NCBI GenBank assembly: GCA_963791045.1
Contig: CAWBQK010000017.1
Span: forward strand, 160,001 to 224,000
Length of the DNA: 64,000 nt
Source: Candidatus Latescibacterota bacterium
Lineage (GTDB): Bacteria > Krumholzibacteriota > Krumholzibacteriia > WVZY01
Direction of reading: 5' to 3'
Made by a program: the position numbers and the translations under genes. The notes under the pieces were generated by a model. It was not told the DNA's origin. It was given only the letters and a program-made list of their open reading frames with translations, and did not search any database. Positions 61,105 through 64,000 of the stretch are shown here, one piece after another (the first letter of the stretch is position 1; the number at the start of each line of letters is the position of its first letter).

Positions 61105-62586
61105 TTGAACGAAAAAAGACTACAATTTATCTCCGTTACGGAAGACCCGACAATAAGCCAGGTTCTCCACGATCTGGCCACCGGTGATCCGTGGAACTTT
61201 GTGTTGTTCCAGGACCCCGCCCGCGTGTTCTCCGCCGCGTTCGACACGGTGGATCTTCTGCTGCTCGATGAGGCCGCCACCGGCGCCAACTATTCCACAA
61301 TTGTTAAGAAAGCGCGAAAGCGGTTCCCAGGCGCCGATATCACGGTTATCGGCGGGCCAAAGTCCGATGACGTACGGGATTCCGACCGACGCGACGGCGT
61401 GGATTACTACGTCGAGCGTCCATTTGATGACGGTCGATTGATGTCGGTGCTCGACCACCGCAGGAAGATCGCGGAGCTGAAGTCATCGGCGGGTATTATC
61501 GGCCGGTCGAAACAAATTGAAGATATTATTGAAGCGATTCTCCAGGTGGGCCCGACCGTGGTCCCGATCCTGATTGAGGGCGAGAGCGGCACGGGGAAGG
61601 ATGTGGTTGCGCGCGCGATTCATCAGGCGAGCCGTCGTCGCGACAAACCGTACGTGGCTATTAACTGTGCGTCGTTGGCCGAAGGGGTTCTGGAGAGCGA
61701 GCTGTTCGGGCATGAGAAGGGTGCTTTCACCGGGGCGGTTTCGCAGCGGGCAGGAGTTTTCGAAAGAGCTGATAACGGGACGATTTTCCTCGACGAAGTC
61801 GGAGAGATGAGCCCCAATATGCAGGTGCGTTTGTTGAGGGTGCTCGAGTCTGGTGAAATCCTTCGGGTTGGCGGGGTCAAGGGATTCACGGTTGATGTTC
61901 GGGTTGTGGCCGCCACTAACAAGAGTCTCGCCCAGGCGGTCGAAGATCGGAGCTTCCGACAGGATCTCTACTACCGTTTGAAGGGTGTCAATTTTGTTCT
62001 GCCGCCGCTTCGCGTGCGGAAAGACGACATACCTGTCCTCGCCGAACATTTCTTGAAAGAGGCGAACCGCAAACACGGCAAAGATGTCAGAGTTATTGAA
62101 AAAGACGGGTTAAGACGGTTGACGGCGTACGAGTGGCCCGGGAATATACGCGAATTGAAGAACGTGATGGACACTGTCGTTGCGCTGGCGGCGGACGGAC
62201 GGATTTCGCGGGAGTTGATTGAAACACAGATCCCGGAAGGCGACGACCGGGAGACCACTCTGTTGCCCGTGCCTCTCAACCGCACGAAAGAAGAGGCGGA
62301 GAGGGAGATGATCTACGCGTCGATCCTGGCGATGCACAGGGATGTGCGCGAAGTACTGGGCCTGGTTCGGGGCGCGATGACAGGGCGTCCGCTGGAGAGC
62401 ATGAAAGAGGTGCATCCGGAGGGGGGCGTGTACGAGACCGAGGTCCAGTCGTTGTCCCGTATCGAACGCGCGGCGATCCAGGAGGCGCTCCGTGCCGGTG
62501 ACGGCAACCGAAGGAAAGCGGCCGAAATGCTTGGCATATCAGAACGTACGCTCTACCGGAAGATCAAGGAGTACGGGCTGGTCTAG
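61105..62586 (+). CDS. sigma54-dependent transcriptional activator with degenerate receiver domain
   Basis: GESGTGKD, ESELFGHEKGAFTGA, FLDEVGE, WPGNIREL, LGISERTLYRK. Confidence 0.93.
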   Translation: MNEKRLQFISVTEDPTISQVLHDLATGDPWNFVLFQDPARVFSAAFDTVDLLLLDEAATGANYSTIVKKARKRFPGADITVIGGPKSDDVRDSDRRDGVDYYVERPFDDGRLMSVLDHRRKIAELKSSAGIIGRSKQIEDIIEAILQVGPTVVPILIEGESGTGKDVVARAIHQASRRRDKPYVAINCASLAEGVLESELFGHEKGAFTGAVSQRAGVFERADNGTIFLDEVGEMSPNMQVRLLRVLESGEILRVGGVKGFTVDVRVVAATNKSLAQAVEDRSFRQDLYYRLKGVNFVLPPLRVRKDDIPVLAEHFLKEANRKHGKDVRVIEKDGLRRLTAYEWPGNIRELKNVMDTVVALAADGRISRELIETQIPEGDDRETTLLPVPLNRTKEEAEREMIYASILAMHRDVREVLGLVRGAMTGRPLESMKEVHPEGGVYETEVQSLSRIERAAIQEALRAGDGNRRKAAEMLGISERTLYRKIKEYGLV

Positions 62587-62738
62587 GAATTTGCTTTTGA
62601 CAGGGGGGGCGGTGGTTGCGTATACTTACGTGGTAAGCGCCTGCTTCCTGATCCCCCCTGAATCCTTGTAGAAAGTTGGTCTATGCTCATCTGGTAACGG
62701 CTTTGAAACCAAGGATTCCTTCAACCTCTCAAGGGCTT

Positions 62739-63773
62739 ATGCGATACAAATACAACGTTTCTCTGATAATGATCGTTCTGGTGTGCCTGCTGATTGGGGC
62801 GCCGAACCAGGCCGTGGCCAAGAAATTTGCCGGGGAATTCATGGCGAGCGGGGGTGGGGCGCGAGCGCTGGGGATGGGCGGCGCGTTTGCGGGGATCGCG
62901 AACGATGCGTCAACGCTTTACTGGAACCCTGCAGGGATTTCGGGTTTTGAAAAACGCCAGGCGCTATTTATGCACTCGGAACGGTTTGGTGACCTGGTAA
63001 ATTACAACTTCGCTTCCTTCGTTTCCCCGACGACGTCGTTTGTGTCCGAAGAACGTGAGGCGTCGTTTGGTCTGGCGCTGATTCACCTGGGCGTCGACGA
63101 TATCCCGATAACCAGTCATCTTCAATACGAAGAAAGAAACGGCACGCCTGGTTTCCAGCCTGAAGAGGGTGACCGTCTGCTTTACGATGCGGACGCACTC
63201 CCCAAGGAAGGGAACAACGACTTCGCGCTATACGGTTCGTTTGCCCTCAAGACCGCACACGGACGGGTTGGGGGCACGGTTAAACTTATTTACACAAATG
63301 CCGTGGCGGGATATTCGGCGACCGGGATCGGGTTGGATCTGGGTTACCTCAAGCATGACCTGTTTGTGGAGCGTCTCGACGTCGGTCTCAAGCTCCAGGA
63401 CATCACGGGTACATACATCAGTTGGAGTACCGGGACGAACGAGTTTATCGCGCCGTCGGTCAAACTCGGGTTGGCTTACCAGATCCCCGCGCCGAGTCTG
63501 AACGCCGCGCTCATCGTCGCGGCGGATGGTGATTTCTTCTTCGAGGACAGACGTGGGGCGTCACAGTTCTGGGTGGAGACATTCTCGACCGATCTTCATC
63601 TCGGGGCGGAATTGATTCTCCAGGACAAGGTGATGGTCAGGGGCGGTCTTGATTCTGGTAACGCGACGGTGGGTGCGGGTTTCCGGGTTGGAATCATCGG
63701 ACTCGATTATGCTTATCTTCACCACGATGATTTCGAAGCGACACACCGCGTGTCGGGCCAGGTTGATTTCTAA
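62739..63773 (+). CDS. PorV/PorQ-family (FadL-like) outer-membrane beta-barrel
   Basis: F...G.GARALGMGGAF...ANDAS..YWNPAG N-terminal signature; beta-strand pattern ending THRVS..VDF. Confidence 0.8.
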   Translation: MRYKYNVSLIMIVLVCLLIGAPNQAVAKKFAGEFMASGGGARALGMGGAFAGIANDASTLYWNPAGISGFEKRQALFMHSERFGDLVNYNFASFVSPTTSFVSEEREASFGLALIHLGVDDIPITSHLQYEERNGTPGFQPEEGDRLLYDADALPKEGNNDFALYGSFALKTAHGRVGGTVKLIYTNAVAGYSATGIGLDLGYLKHDLFVERLDVGLKLQDITGTYISWSTGTNEFIAPSVKLGLAYQIPAPSLNAALIVAADGDFFFEDRRGASQFWVETFSTDLHLGAELILQDKVMVRGGLDSGNATVGAGFRVGIIGLDYAYLHHDDFEATHRVSGQVDF

Positions 63774-63796
63774 ACAAACGAATATTGAGACCATGG

Positions 63797-63836
63797 AAAA
63801 GGCCGGCGGATCCAAACGATCGCCGGCCTTTTTTTG
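63797..63836. terminator. Bidirectional terminator
   Basis: AAAAGGCCGGCG...CGCCGGCCTTTTTTT between convergent genes. Confidence 0.75.
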
Positions 63837-63861
63837 TGGACGTTTGCCCTGCGTTTTATCT

Positions 63862-63999
63862 TTATTTCTTTTGCCAGATTTCGAGCACGTCGCCTGGGTG
63901 TATGATCGACTTCCGCGACTTGGAATTCCAAGTGATGAGGTCAACCATCCCGACGTTGAATTTCCGGCTGATCGAGTAGAAGGTGTCGCCTTTTCTTAC
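63862..63999 (-). CDS. C-terminal LysM domain of a protein continuing beyond the window
   Basis: Hand translation VRKGDTFYSISRKFNVGMVDLITWNSKSRKSIIHPGDVLEIWQKK*. Confidence 0.85.
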   Translation of the reverse strand, partial: VRKGDTFYSISRKFNVGMVDLITWNSKSRKSIIHPGDVLEIWQKK

Positions 64000-64000
64000 C

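Overview
Bacterial chromosomal window, GC-rich in coding regions and with no CRISPR array, IS element, integrase or prophage. It most likely comes from an uncultured FCB-group lineage (Krumholzibacteriota/Latescibacterota-like). That is inferred from FlgD-Ig/T9SS-type C-terminal domains, a PorV-family gene, a GWxTD protein, a Bacteroidota-type GlmU-like protein and bS22. Housekeeping content: sucA, mdh, ETF-QO, a lone nuoI, GlcD-type oxidase, YitJ-type methionine synthase/MTHFR, bioY, pgsA-type, sppA, HU, NfeD/slipin, a twin-RND/MFP cluster, a sigma54 two-component cluster, tRNA-Leu(CAA) and tRNA-Ala(GGC). Main observations: (1) Four small secreted proteins from two unrelated families, each family a tandem pair, end in the same ~20-aa motif C-x(1,2)-[VL]PTxxxTWGx[MVI]Kxx[YF][ST][ED]. 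This is a candidate C-terminal sorting/assembly signal. All three transcription units have near-consensus extended -10 promoters, long structured leaders, SD sequences and terminators. (2) A ~120-nt leader is conserved in front of two of these genes. (3) There is a ~300-nt highly structured intergenic RNA candidate, possibly 6S-like, at 54991-55287. (4) One RND permease carries ~4 extra C-terminal TM helices. At least nine single-base indels break six genes and are most likely assembly errors.
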